Part shown: positions 25,886-37,956 of the stretch, piece by piece
Numbering within the stretch: position 1 is the stretch's first letter
Layout: every line of letters begins with the position of its first letter
DNA from: Lytechinus pictus
Taxonomy: Eukaryota
Assembly (NCBI RefSeq): GCF_037042905.1
Contig: NC_087246.1
Location: 3,598,001 to 3,662,000, forward strand
Direction of reading: 5' to 3'
Length of the DNA: 64,000 nucleotides
Program-made: the position numbers and the translations under genes
Notes under the pieces: generated by a model
Seen by the model: only the letters and a program-made list of their open reading frames with translations
Told to the model about the DNA's origin: nothing
The model's database searches: none

Positions 25886-27669
25886 CAGGGCCGTAGCCAA
25901 GGGCGGGGGGGGGGAACCTGGGTTCCACGGAACCCCGCCGCTTGCCAACACTCATGGGCTGAAATCCCAGGGGGTGGGCATGCAGGGGGACGCGTCCCCC
26001 TATCAAAAATAGTAGGGGGACACAATATCAAACGTCCTATAAAATACTATTTTTTGTCTTTTATGATGGAGAAAAATACATAATTCACAATCGAGTGAAT
26101 TTTGAGTGAAAAACTTTTTTTTTGCTTGTCAAAGTTTCGAGCTCCTGGTCCCCCTCTGCCTTTGGGGACAGATTTCTGCCAATGCCAACACCAAAAAAGA
26201 GCTTTTAAGTCAAATATGCACACATTCTGCAGGCGATTCGAGTATCATAATTTTGTTTCAGTGAGATATGCAATTACGCAATTATACATCCTGTTCATTA
26301 TTACAAAAGTGCTGAATATAAAAAAATGGTCAGCTCTCGATGCGCTCCGTTATTTGATTAGCAAGATATGTATCACATTCCTGAATTAAAATGTCCACTT
26401 TTCACATCAGTATAAGCCTATCAATAATTTTCAGCGCTTTGCATTCGCATTATTGTTTAGTCAAATACTCATTCGTAATTACAAAAGGTGCTTAGAATAA
26501 CCCGTTGTTAGATCTAAATCCCTCACCGAAATTCAGCTAACGCTTCGCGCTTTCATCATTTATAGTAACTAAAAATATCCTCTTCACAATGGTACTAGAT
26601 ATTAAACAGTGCTTAACTTTATTAACTCGATCTTCACGCTAGCATTAATTTGTTCATTGGGATACGAAGCTCGTTCTTTATGTAAAAGCGTGCTTATAAT
26701 GTCAAAATTTTAGATTGGAATATCATAAATTTTCAGCTCGCGCTTCACGCTCGAACTATTTCTTTTATAGCAAGAAACCCATCCTTTTCATGATTACAAA
26801 AAATGAATCGAACGTCCTTTTTTTTTTAACTTAAACCTAAAAAAGCCCACGTTTCACATTGTTTATTGGATACATATCTTGTTCTTTATTAAAAACGTCC
26901 GTTAAGTGTCAAGTTTTTTTCAGAACGAAATATCAAGAATTTCAGCTCGCGCTTTGCGCTCGCGCATACCCATCCTGATCATTAGTACAAAAAAGTGCTT
27001 AGAATTTGAAGCTAATTCGCGCTTGCATTATTTGGTTGGTGAAGATATGTATCCTCCGCATGATCACTGCAAACAGTCCTAGACAGGTCCCTTCTCATGT
27101 TTTCGGGTCAGTATATTGCAGATTTCAGCTCGCGCTTCTCGCTCGCATCAATTGTTTCTTCAGATAACATCCTGATTATTGGTATACAAAAAAATGCTTA
27201 GACTGTGAAGTTTTCACATCAGAATATCAAACATATTCATCATTTTCGCATGATTTTGGTTGGTGAGATATGTACATTCTCCACGAGTCCCTGCAAACAG
27301 TCCTTATGGGTCCCTCTTCCTGTTTTCAGGTCGAGTATACTATATAAAAATCTCAGCTCACGCTTCGCGCCCGCGTTACTTTGATATACCCATCTTGATC
27401 ACCATTACCAAAATTGCTTTGAACTTTTTTTTCTTCAAAATACATATACCGTAATATTAAAAATGAGCTTGTCCTTGCATTATTTATCCAAGCGACCGAT
27501 CGGGGAAAATGCAGATGATTTTTTTCTGCCATCCCCCCCCCCCCCCTTCCCCTATTCGCGAAAGCTGGATTCGTCCCGCCGGGAAAAAACGGAACTGATC
27601 ATAAAATAAACAGTTCACTCCTTATATAAGAGTCGGAACCCCCTCATAGAAAATCCTGGCTACGGCCCC
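25886..27669. mobile_element. Degenerate repeat element with recurrent TTTCAGCTCGCGCTTCGCGCTCG modules
   Basis: Termini GGGCCGTAGCCA / TGGCTACGGCCC. The motif recurs (e.g. 26731, 26941, 27123, 27351) with ~170-210 bp spacing. Confidence 0.55.
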
Positions 27670-28148
27670 GCGGGAAATTTTTGGCTCTTCCCCTCCCCCC
27701 GGCCACTGACCCCTGCAATACGCCCCTGAAAAAAATGGCCTTGCCCCCTTGAACTCTTATAATACACAATCTTCCCATTTTATCCTACTCTGTCACGTTT
27801 TCTGTTTAGCTATGACGCGACTATATATGACTCACGCTCTGTACGCATACGTTGAACACGCCAAAAGCTAGCCTCTCTTCTGTCATTTCAATAGAGAATA
27901 ACCTGGTTTTGTCATCCAATTAAGTGTATTTTATGCGTAATTTAGTTAATTTGATGTATTGAATAATTCATTTGGATGATCAAATATCCATCTTTTTGAA
28001 GGAAAGAAAATGTTACAAAGTTGATTTCAAATGAACAAAGTTATTTGTCTCAGGTACTTATCTCTTCTTTCTTCTTTAAGTCTGGAATAAGTCTACAATA
28101 ATAAATAATCATTCGGGGAGAGAAAGCTAAGCAAGGAAACTACGCAAA

Positions 28149-28394
28149 ATGTCGGGTAAAAATCCATTTTTTGATGAAGAATCAGCAGGAGGTGGAGGAG
28201 CTGGAAGTTCATGGAATGACTGGGAGGATATTGGAAAAGATTCGTCGGACTACGACCCGAATAATGATTATGGATTCGATTTACAGAGCAAGCAAATGGA
28301 AATTGAGAGGCGGAAAGAGAACATGTTATCGAGCACACACAGGTCTATGGGATTGATGTACGAAGCTGAGCAGGTCGGCAATGAAACTGCGGCG
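28149..28394 (+). CDS. SNAP29: SNAP29 coding exon 1 (N-terminal NPF motif and start of Qb SNARE)
   Basis: MSGKNPFFDEE...MLSSTHRSMGLMYEAEQVGNETAA with donor GCG|GTATGT, 246 nt, phase 0. The N-terminal NPF is typical of SNAP29. Confidence 0.9.
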
Positions 28395-29492
28395 GTATGT
28401 ATTGTGCGATGCGATGCGCCGTGCTGCTTGGTGAAAAGTGAAAACAATTGGTTTTATAAAATAGCTGTATTATTTCAAGCATCGCGATTGGTCAATACGC
28501 GTCACATGACATCCAACTTTTTTGTGCACTGCACGGTAGTGCAAAAGGTGTGCAACGAAAATTGACATTGCACTCTCGAGCAAACCAGTGCGGTAAAGTC
28601 CAACAAAACTGTACTGTAACTTTTTTTAAAATTGTTTCTGTGTTGCTATTTTATAAAACAAATAATGCACTTGCTCTGTCGTGCGTAAAAGTAAATGCAG
28701 AGAAAGCTCGGTTTCTTCAGATGGAGCACACTGGGCACTCGCCGCAAGCGGCTCGTGCACAGCACGACTCCTATCTAAAGAAACCTCGCGTGCTCTGCAT
28801 TTCCACTAACGCACTCGGCTGCATGCATTATTTGTATATTATTGACATCGGAGTCCTGCATCAAATCAGTCGGGCAGCTGGCCCGGGGGGGCCACTTCCA
28901 TTCACGAGTGGATACCATGCGCGACCATGGGGTCTCGAAAAGCACCCTAAACACGTAATTTCCATATTCTGAAAATGCACCCCTTAACAAGTATTGGCGT
29001 CTAAAACCCTACCCTTAACAAGTATTGGAAATAAAACGATACTCTTGGCAAATATTTCCTGAAATGAACCCCTAAACAAGTACAGGAATGTTTTATTGCG
29101 TACCTACGGGGGGGGGGGGGGGGGGGGCAGGGGGGGCAGAGACCTTGAAGACCTTTTTTTTTTTGCTTGTCAATATTTTTGCTGGTACAATAACCTTTAT
29201 TTTTTATTGAAGACTTTTTTTTTTTTTTTTTTTTTTGGCTTGTCAATTTTTTGGGCGGCTGATTTTGCCCCCCCTGTGAAAAATCCTAGGTACGCCACTG
29301 GTCCTTCGGTCTTCGTCTTACCTTATTTGGTTTAGTACGACCCCACCTTCTACACCTCGCGCAAATCGGACTCTATAAACACGAAGTGTTGGGGCAAAAA
29401 GGACATCCTTTATAAAACATTTTAATTTTGTTTTATCATCGCCGCAAATTCGACCCTAAACAAGTAATTTTCCTAGCGAAATAGATACCCTT

Positions 29493-30672
29493 TGTGACGT
29501 ATAACTACTAGTGACTTGACAGTAGACAGTACTCAAACAAAAGACTCGGTGACGCGGAATTTCCAGTTATCATACGATGCATCAAGTATACAATCTGGGC
29601 ATACCATCTAGCATACCATCGAGCATACCATCGAGCATACCATCGAGCATGTTCAATCTGTAGCATAAAAATATAAACAAACAATAATAAGCATCTGTAT
29701 ATGCAGTTACATTTATGTACTTGCATGAGATAAATAAATAGTCTATGTATTGCACAAATTATTTGTGACGTTTGAATCTTGCATAAATAAATATTCTGGT
29801 TTCCTGTAACAAATTTACCTGTCAAATTCTGTCAATGTATTCAAATGACCTTGAATAAACTTTGCTATATGCGGTTAAATAAACAAAACCTTTACTTTGT
29901 CTCATTTGTCCTTTATATCAACTACGATACTTAAATATTACCTTGCCTCTAAACTATATACTCTGGGGCATTATTGACTAGCAATAACTTTACTCAAACC
30001 AAATAACTAGGCTTTCATTTCACCTTCACTGTATGTGTTATTTGTAATTATCAGGGCTTTAAAATGCACCAAAAACTGGCTTTAATGCCTTATTTCCAAA
30101 CTCATACATATACTGTATCCTTTTCAACAACTAGAGCCAAATGTAGCTAACAAAGAACAACATTTGTTTATTTGACATTCCATTTCGTTTACAACTCTGA
30201 ACATGAATAGCCTACTATGCACTGTGTGCGAGATTACCACACAGTACCGTACCAATATGCTATTACGCAACACTCTTCATGTGCATGTCCAATTACCTAT
30301 TAATGTACAATGTCAATATACGTTTATCACACCTGTATTCTATACGTTAACTCCAAACACTTTCACCAAAGTTATGAGCTAAATTAACAACAAATTAATT
30401 ATCGTCTCGAGTTAATTTTGGTTCCATATATTCAGTTAAACATTACATTACGGAAATATAAAGGTCCTTTTACTTACAACATTGGACTTGTACCGATTAT
30501 CTTGAATTCTACTGTAAAGTCACGACGGGCTGAACTTTAAATCTTTGTCGATCTTGGCAAGGCAAATTTCCAACGCCCTCTATCGACCCAGATAAATGAT
30601 ACTACAACCCAATAACGTCTCTGACGTCATGTTAAATATTTCAAAGAAAAAATACACTTTCTAAATCTTACA
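29493..30672 (-). repeat. 3' LTR (1180 bp)
   Basis: Same sequence as the other LTR with one extra 12-bp GCATACCATCGA unit and at least two substitutions. Confidence 0.95.
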
Positions 30673-30686
30673 CTCCGGCCCCTTAA
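30673..30686 (-). other. Polypurine tract
   Basis: Minus strand reads TTAAGGGGCCGGAG immediately before the TGT of the 3' LTR, a form typical of BEL/Pao elements. Confidence 0.75.
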
Positions 30687-30763
30687 ATGCATAGACACAA
30701 CGGAGCATTTATCAATTTTTTCTTTCGCGATTAAAATTTACACTGTATCTTGCTTCCCTTTAA

Positions 30764-33700
30764 TCATTTAATGAACCTTTCTCGATCAATGAATTTGAGA
30801 AAGCAGTTAAATCTACTAAATTTGCTGCTCCGGGAAAAGATAACATTCCATACATTGTATATGAAAATATGCCAAAAAGTACAAAAGAAATTATGTTGAA
30901 CATTATTAATAGAATATGGGATTCGGGGGATATCCCGAGTCCTCTAAAACACTCAATTTTAGTGCCAATCTTGAAATCTGGTAAGGACTCAAAAAATGTT
31001 ATCTCCTACAGACCAATATCACTTACATCTTGTTTTGCCAAAGTTATAGAGCGTATGATAAAAGATAGATTGCAATGGTACATAGATAAAAATAACTTAT
31101 TGCCTAATTTCATTAGCGGTTTTAGAAAAGGTCGTAGTACTACTGACAGTATTGTTTTATTAGAAAATGACATTCAAAAATCTATTAATTGCAGAGAGCA
31201 CACTCTTGCAGTATTTTTGGATGTCGAAAAGGCTTATGACAGTCTTTGGATTGATGGGTTACTGTACAAACTCACTCAATGTGGTATAGGAGGAAATATG
31301 TTACAGTTTTTAGAAAATTATCTAACAGAACGTACCTTTCAGGTAAGAGTTACAAATACTGAATCCAGAACTTTCCAAATCCATAATGGACTCCCCCAGG
31401 GGAGTGTTCTGAGTCCCCTTTTATATAATGTCATGATGAGAGATATTCCAATTGATCCTGAAGTGACAATATCTATATATGCTGATGATTGTGCAATATG
31501 GTTTTCTGGAAAAAATGTAGAGAATATTAGATTAAGGATACAAACTTATCTAGATGTATTATGTACCTGGTTTAAAGACTGGGGTTTCAAATTTTCTATT
31601 GAGAAGACTGTTCCGGTGTTTTTCACTAAGCTTACAAACGTTATCCCTCCAACAGTTAAATTGGAAGGAAGTATACTCACTTATAAAAATAATCACCGTT
31701 TTCTAGGGATGATATTTGATAGTAAATTGTCTTGGCATCCCCATATAGAGAATGTAGTTTCAAGAAGTAAAAGGAAATTAAATATATTGCGAAGTCTGAC
31801 AGGAACTAAATGGGGAAGTTCATCTAAGTCCTTACTTATGGTTTACAGGGCAATTATTAGATCAATTTTCGATTATGGTTGTCAAGCTTATGATAGTGCT
31901 CCAGTAACTACAAAAAAGTTATTAGACTCGGTGCAATATCAAGCACTTAGAATATGTGCTGGTGGGCTACCATTGACATCGCTAGTTTCACTGCAGGTGG
32001 AAATGGGAGAACCCCCTTTAGATTTAAGAAGGCAAATGTTATCAAGCAAGTATAGACAAAATATAGAAAGACATAGTAATCACCCATTAATAACACATAT
32101 CAAACCATGCTGGCAGTTCGATTATCTTAAAGGTAAGAACGTTAGTAAACCGTTTGGTTATAGGCTTCAATCCAAGATAGGAAAAGAAATTAGTATTGAA
32201 AATATTATTTCTTCAGCCTTTCCCCCTTGGTTATTTTGTCCACCAGTTATATCTACTGAATTAAGTTCACAAATTAAGAAATCGGACCATCCGATACAAT
32301 TGCAACAACTGAGTTTGGAATTGATACATACAAAATGGTCACACCAACTCCATATATACACTGATGGATCCAAAGCTCCTGAAAAGGGGATAAGTTCAGC
32401 CGCTTTCTATGTACCTTATTTTTCTTTTTACCAAGGAAAAAGGTTATCTAATTTTACCTCCTCCTATAGGGCGGAATTAATTGCGATTATTCTTGCACTG
32501 GAATGGATAGAATATTTAGATATATATACAGGTGTTGTTATTTTCAGTGACTCATTAAGTGCACTTTTATCTTTACAGAATCGGAAAGACGATCCTATTA
32601 TCACAGAAATTCTGACTATTACTACAAGACTCAAATATAAAGGTTTAGATATATACCTAGAGTGGATCCCTGGTCACTGTGGAATAATGGGAAATGAAAT
32701 AGCAGACTCCTGCGCAAAAAAAGCTTTATCAAACAAAATTGAAATTCATAATCAAATAACATTATCAGAAATTATGCAACTTATTTCAAAAAGTTGTAAG
32801 ATAGTTTGGCAAGAAAGATGGAATAAAACTAACTCAGCACTGAAAGAAATGCAACCATCAGTGTTATCCACATATAAATGTAATCTAGGGAGACAGGAAA
32901 CTGTACTCCATCGTCTCCGTTTTGGAGTCGCTGGTCTTAACCAAGATCTACTAAGATTAGGGATCCATCCAACAGGGTTTTGTGATAGATGTCCTGAGGT
33001 AGAAACTGTCAGACATTATCTTTTACATTGTCCAAAATATATAATTGAAAGATCAATGCTCCTTGTAGAATTGAATGAATCACAGCCAGGACAAATAATG
33101 GAGTATTTAAAAAAAGATGACCCAGGGATACAGAAAGCATTTTTACGTTTCGTTTCAAGAACGAAACGTTTTAGTAAGGAGTGATGACCTACTATTCTTA
33201 TATTGTTTTGTCTATAAGAAATATGAAAGGATATGCTTGTACAAGTCTAATGTGAAAAGAAAATATATATATATAATGTATGATATAATATACAAAATGA
33301 TATGTTCTGCACATATAACTAACAAAGCCCACAAGTGTTTTCGCCTTGTTGTTGTTGTTGTTTAAAAAAAAAAAGAAACAAATTATTTTAATGTTTAACC
33401 CATCTGTAAGCACAGGTACACTAGCGCCCCCTCGTCTATGCATGGGTGACCTAGGCATTTATGTCCGAAAAATCGGCACAATGTACCGTGCTGACCGGTA
33501 TGATTGCATCTTTGAAAGGGCAGGGCAAGCGCAACTAGTTGGAACTGAGCTGAAGATAGCGGTTTGTTTTTGGTGAAGATTTGTTTATATGCCATTTTGA
33601 CAAGAGTTACGACAAACTTTTGTACATACCATAATTATCCTTTTTCATATTAAAAGGATACACAAGAATAATATTTCATATATGTATACATCATATTGGT

Positions 33701-33808
33701 AATAATATCATTATGTGAGAAGTGAGATTTTTTATTAATAGAGTCAATGGCGACAATAGTCAAATATGACTAATCGCCACTCAAATCAACATAAGAAGAA
33801 GAAGAAGA
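30764..33808 (+). mobile_element. 5'-truncated non-LTR retrotransposon (I group, Nimb-like) inside the LTR element, antisense to it
   Basis: RT-RNase H-CCHC ORF, ~600-nt 3' UTR, terminal stem-loop TGGCGA..TAGTCA-AATA-TGACTA..TCGCCA (33748-33779) and (AAG)5 tail (33793-33807). No ORF1 or APE endonuclease. Confidence 0.85.
30869..33184 (+). CDS. Non-LTR reverse transcriptase + RNase H + C-terminal CCHC finger (771 aa from first Met; frame open from 30764)
   Basis: RT motifs: APGKDNI (upstream, in frame), YRPISLTS, GFRKGRST, FLDVEKAYD, GLPQGSVLSP, YADD, FLGMIFD. RNase H motifs: YTDGS, AELIAI, SDSLS, WIPGHCGIMGNEIAD. C-terminal CDRC..ETVRH...C. Confidence 0.95.
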   Translation: MPKSTKEIMLNIINRIWDSGDIPSPLKHSILVPILKSGKDSKNVISYRPISLTSCFAKVIERMIKDRLQWYIDKNNLLPNFISGFRKGRSTTDSIVLLENDIQKSINCREHTLAVFLDVEKAYDSLWIDGLLYKLTQCGIGGNMLQFLENYLTERTFQVRVTNTESRTFQIHNGLPQGSVLSPLLYNVMMRDIPIDPEVTISIYADDCAIWFSGKNVENIRLRIQTYLDVLCTWFKDWGFKFSIEKTVPVFFTKLTNVIPPTVKLEGSILTYKNNHRFLGMIFDSKLSWHPHIENVVSRSKRKLNILRSLTGTKWGSSSKSLLMVYRAIIRSIFDYGCQAYDSAPVTTKKLLDSVQYQALRICAGGLPLTSLVSLQVEMGEPPLDLRRQMLSSKYRQNIERHSNHPLITHIKPCWQFDYLKGKNVSKPFGYRLQSKIGKEISIENIISSAFPPWLFCPPVISTELSSQIKKSDHPIQLQQLSLELIHTKWSHQLHIYTDGSKAPEKGISSAAFYVPYFSFYQGKRLSNFTSSYRAELIAIILALEWIEYLDIYTGVVIFSDSLSALLSLQNRKDDPIITEILTITTRLKYKGLDIYLEWIPGHCGIMGNEIADSCAKKALSNKIEIHNQITLSEIMQLISKSCKIVWQERWNKTNSALKEMQPSVLSTYKCNLGRQETVLHRLRFGVAGLNQDLLRLGIHPTGFCDRCPEVETVRHYLLHCPKYIIERSMLLVELNESQPGQIMEYLKKDDPGIQKAFLRFVSRTKRFSKE

Positions 33809-35340
33809 TTTGAACTGACTGGTAAACAAGAATACACTGAACTCCAAATACCTTTAAATTGCATGTACCTGTATATAAATAATAACATGCACTATTTGCT
33901 TTAGTACACATAATTGGCTTTGACAACAATTGAAATCGACAACCCTTTCCAATATGGCAGTCTAGAAAATAATTTGATATAAACTTTAAATGCTTGTGAC
34001 CTAGAGACATTCAGTTATGCTCAAGAAAATAATGAATTGCTTTTTTCTTGCAATCATCTATAAGACATTGTCCCTTTAAAACATAAATTAACATCTATGT
34101 CCTATTATTTTTACAAACATTGTGTTCCCTATTACACAATATCATATCATTTTCTGGGTCTTCACAGATTAAATTCAAATTCTAGCTGAGCATACAGTAT
34201 ATACACAAAGTATAAATCTAACGTTATGTATCTTCAATCCTTACAACTCTTTGAATATTTCCAACTATTCTTTTCTTGCAAAAACACTTGAATTGAGTCG
34301 GTGTTTAAACTCAAAAGTGAACATGTTTTTTGTCTCCTCTTAATCAGCAATGACAATATCAAACTCTCTGCATCAAATCTGGCACCTTTGTAAGAATAGT
34401 CTTGTTTGAATAACATACTTTATCAACTGTGATCATCAAATATGCCTTTTAGATCACAAAATACACAAAAAGAAACCTGAGGATGAGATACATTTACTAG
34501 ATTAACTAGTCTCTTATCAAGTTGAAATATCCCTTTTATATAGTCTTTCTTCAATCCACAATTTAATAAACGTTTTAATGAATTTCGGAACTTATTATGT
34601 CCATCATCTTGAAATTCAAAGTTCTTCATGTTTTCGTCAATTTCAAACTGTTCATGTTGTAACTCATGATTCATTATAGTCTTGTTTTAAGTCTTGAATG
34701 TTTCTAAACTTTCCATTCTTTAAGAATGATTTGCTGCTTGGCTGAATGTCGTCGTGATAAACTGCTTGAAAATGTCCTCCACTCTAACAGTCATTCATCT
34801 CGAAACAATGAGAATGATTGGTTTCAAATTTTTGAACATTCCTTTGAGCATTTCAAAACAATTCTTGATAACTGATGCAAATTCCTTTTCCTTGATTAGC
34901 AATTCCTGCTTTGCTGTGCTATCAAATTATCAATTTTCAATCGACCTGGTACCACACTAATCTTCTTGTATTGTTCTATAAGAGCAAATTCAATATAAAG
35001 ACAATTTTAAACAAATTTGACAAATAAATCTCAGATATGAATTTACTCCTTATCCTTTTATCAAATCCATATTCCGCACAAATTGCTTGTTAAATGCACT
35101 TAGACCAGGGAGGAGGGAGCTTAGACACTGCTATTTTACCTCGCTCACTAATTTTAAACTTTCTGCTATTTCCAAAAATACGATTTCTATACTGGTCCTT
35201 TTTGGATCTCACTGCTACATTTTTACACTTTCACCACAATGAGAAATATATCTTTGTAGTGCCTTAAATTCAAATATTTTCTCTAACAAAATACATATGT
35301 ATCAGATAATTTTTATGACCAAACATGTACGTGTACAGAT
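33809..35340 (-). pseudogene. Heavily decayed pol/integrase remnant and 3' internal region of the LTR element
   Basis: Follows the gag-PR stop. Only short stop-riddled frames, with faint integrase-like fragments (TCLVIK, YLSNLF, RVEDIF). Confidence 0.4.
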
Positions 35341-37956
35341 TCAACCGTATCCCTTTTCTGAATTTCTTTGTTTTACAATGTACGGTGTGAAACTGTCAAC
35401 TCCAAAATACATGTAGCCAAATAAAGGTTTACCAGGTGACACTCTGGGCAGATTGGCCAGGTCCGGCCCCTGTGGAACCTTGTCAGGTAATGCTTCTTCA
35501 TTATGCTTTGCCACACAATCACTAATAACTTGTGGACTTATGACTAAATGGTGAGGTAAGTACAATGAGGTTATATCTTCTAATTGTTCTGTCTTATTAA
35601 CTTTCATTATAGAGTAGTTACTTAGCATATGTTCTACGTCCACTTGGTGTTTCTTCTGAAGTGTATCATCTATCAGTAATCTCTTGGGTGACGACTGCAA
35701 ACGCTGTTCTGCAGTCAAAATGTCGTCTGGTAGTTTTGGCGTTTTCTTCTCAAATGACGTTGGCGATAGGTTGTGAACTCCATCCTTTTTACCACTACTC
35801 TCCCGGAAAGCTGACGCATTACTAACATTGACGGACGAAACCTTGTCCTTCTGAAGAACTTCTGAGCTTTCATTCTTCCTGAATCTCTGAAGTCTGCCAT
35901 CCTCCAGTTTGATGTCGCTACCAACAAAGCTTGTAGTAGCTGTGTGTATGTCTTCTGGCATCTTGGGCTGGACAGGACCACTTACTGCCCATCCTAATTT
36001 GGTTCTTACAGCATAAGGTCCATCCTCGGATGCTCTAATTTCTATAGGTATCAATGCTCCAGGCACATCTTGTCCGATCAAAAGTCCAACTTCATGTTGT
36101 GTGACGATAGGAATGTTGATTCCTTCTAGGTGGTTGCATCCTCTGATGTCTTCCATCTTGGCAATGTGAGATTCTTTGACGTTGATTGACTCTCTTGTAT
36201 ATACACATGGTAACTTCACTATCTCTGTATCTTTGCCTGTGTCTACTATGAGGCTAACAACTGATGTATCTACTGTGCTGTTAGATCTTCCAAGTGTTGA
36301 TAGATTTAGACTTTGCTTCCTTTCCACTGCATTAAGTTGTCTGGATAGGGCTGCTGTACAAAACGTGCTGGTAGAACCAGTGTCTAGGAGAGCATAAGTT
36401 TCAACAGACTTGCTCTCGTTGTGAGCCCTTACCGTAACTGGAACGATGGGAAGTACACACCTACCGGTCCCTGTGACCGATTTATCAATGAAGCTATTCT
36501 GAGCTGTTTGGATTTCATCAAGTGGCGTTTGAGTGGAAGAAGATCTCAAGTGTTTATTTGGTTGAGGCTGATTCTCTATCTCTTGATGCGGAGTACCTCT
36601 TTCAGGTGACAAGCTTTCCCGAAATAAGTGGAGAAACTTTGTATGTTTTCTCTGACATCCTGGTACTGAGCATGTTCGGTTCAACTTACAAATTCTGCTG
36701 GTGTGACCGTGTTGCAAGCAATTGAAACATAGTCTGTTCTCTTGTGCAAATTTAAATCTCTCATCAGGTGTCATGGACTTAAAGCTGTCACAACCAAACA
36801 AGGTATGGTCTTGATAACACTTGAAGCACTTCTTGGGCTTAGGAAAGCTTGAATTATCAGTGACTGCTGTAGAGTAGCTGCTCTTTGAATGTTGCTTGTT
36901 GAAGCTTGGTTTAGATGCTGATCTTGGAGAAGTCGCAGTCAGCTCACCGAAGACTGGATCGTTAACTTCTTCGGCGGCATCAGATACAAACTTCACCATG
37001 TCAGTGATATCTGGAGATCGACCTCTTTGCCTAATGTCTCTCACTACTTTCAACCATCTAGCTTTGAGATGAAATGGTAGTCTTTCTGCCAGTTTGACCA
37101 GCTCTCTGTTACTGCTGATTTCCTTTGTCAGATTCAATGCCTTAAGAGTCTCAAGACATACCTGTAATTCGTCAGCAAACTTGCGTAGTCCAGTTCTATC
37201 ATTTGCATGAAGTGCTGAACCATTAGTTATCTGTTCAATCCATGCTTCTCCTATCTTAAATCTACTGCCAAAGCGTTCTCTCAGTAATTCTCTGGCGCGT
37301 TGATATCCTAGCACTGGATCCATTACCATACAACACTGTATGATGTTCTTTACATCCCCTTCACAGCACTGATACAACTTCATGAGCTTTGTCCCTCTGT
37401 CTAGTGTAGACGAGCCTATCAAATTATCAAAACATGCCATGAACTCATGATAGTGTAAAGGGTTACCGTTAAACTTCATGATTTCCACATTTGACAGGCT
37501 TATTGCTTCCAACAAACGATGCTGTATTTGCTGATACTGATACAAATCTTGGTTGTGCTGCGGGTATGGCATTGTGTCTTCCAAATTCTCCTGACGTACA
37601 TTGTTGCCATGCTCGCTGGCCTGAATCTGTGGCTGAATGGGCTGCTGCTGTTGACCAAGTTCTTCACTTGTGGGTTCTATCTTAATGTCGAGTTGACTGG
37701 GATGCTGATCAAATTGTTCATATACAGCCTCTTCTGCTGCTGCAACTTTGAGCTTAGTTTCTAACATAAACTGTGCCTTCTTTTGCTGTAGATGAAATTC
37801 TTGAAGCTCTAACTCATGCTGTTCCCTCAAGGATGCTAGCTCTGCTGCCAGGGCTGCCTTCTTGGCCTTCGTCTTTATCCTTGATGACGCTGTTGAACTC
37901 TTACCACCTTGGCTGGCCGAGTCCTCGGACTTGATACTTTCAGATGATCCACTCAT
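35341..37956 (-). CDS. BEL/Pao Gag - zinc knuckles - aspartic protease, with vestigial RT start fused to integrase start (871 aa)
   Basis: DUF1759-like Gag (FNGNPLHYHEF...YQRARELLRERFG), triple Cys/His cluster (CFKC..H..C, CFNCLQHGH..C, CSVPGCQRKH..LH), protease ALLDTGS, LLIGQD, TKLGW. Then degenerate YLPHH...QGPDLAN joined to LPRVSPGKPLF...GVD. Confidence 0.92.
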   Translation of the reverse strand: MSGSSESIKSEDSASQGGKSSTASSRIKTKAKKAALAAELASLREQHELELQEFHLQQKKAQFMLETKLKVAAAEEAVYEQFDQHPSQLDIKIEPTSEELGQQQQPIQPQIQASEHGNNVRQENLEDTMPYPQHNQDLYQYQQIQHRLLEAISLSNVEIMKFNGNPLHYHEFMACFDNLIGSSTLDRGTKLMKLYQCCEGDVKNIIQCCMVMDPVLGYQRARELLRERFGSRFKIGEAWIEQITNGSALHANDRTGLRKFADELQVCLETLKALNLTKEISSNRELVKLAERLPFHLKARWLKVVRDIRQRGRSPDITDMVKFVSDAAEEVNDPVFGELTATSPRSASKPSFNKQHSKSSYSTAVTDNSSFPKPKKCFKCYQDHTLFGCDSFKSMTPDERFKFAQENRLCFNCLQHGHTSRICKLNRTCSVPGCQRKHTKFLHLFRESLSPERGTPHQEIENQPQPNKHLRSSSTQTPLDEIQTAQNSFIDKSVTGTGRCVLPIVPVTVRAHNESKSVETYALLDTGSTSTFCTAALSRQLNAVERKQSLNLSTLGRSNSTVDTSVVSLIVDTGKDTEIVKLPCVYTRESINVKESHIAKMEDIRGCNHLEGINIPIVTQHEVGLLIGQDVPGALIPIEIRASEDGPYAVRTKLGWAVSGPVQPKMPEDIHTATTSFVGSDIKLEDGRLQRFRKNESSEVLQKDKVSSVNVSNASAFRESSGKKDGVHNLSPTSFEKKTPKLPDDILTAEQRLQSSPKRLLIDDTLQKKHQVDVEHMLSNYSIMKVNKTEQLEDITSLYLPHHLVISPQVISDCVAKHNEEALPDKVPQGPDLANLPRVSPGKPLFGYMYFGVDSFTPYIVKQRNSEKGYG

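Noticed and set aside
29508..29825. ORF with ARWY repeats, duplicated at 38035-38340
   Set aside because: Lies within the LTRs, starts at a non-ATG codon, and the repeat simply reflects the 12-bp DNA unit. No recognisable protein features.
30798..30800. In-frame SNAP29 exon 1 to LINE RT fusion via a GAG acceptor
   Set aside because: The frame would fit, but GAG is a poor acceptor and the pyrimidine tract is distant. Unsupported without transcripts.
34234..34674. Short ORFs as an env-like or accessory gene of the LTR element
   Set aside because: Short and stop-bounded, with no signal peptide or transmembrane segment. More consistent with decayed internal sequence.
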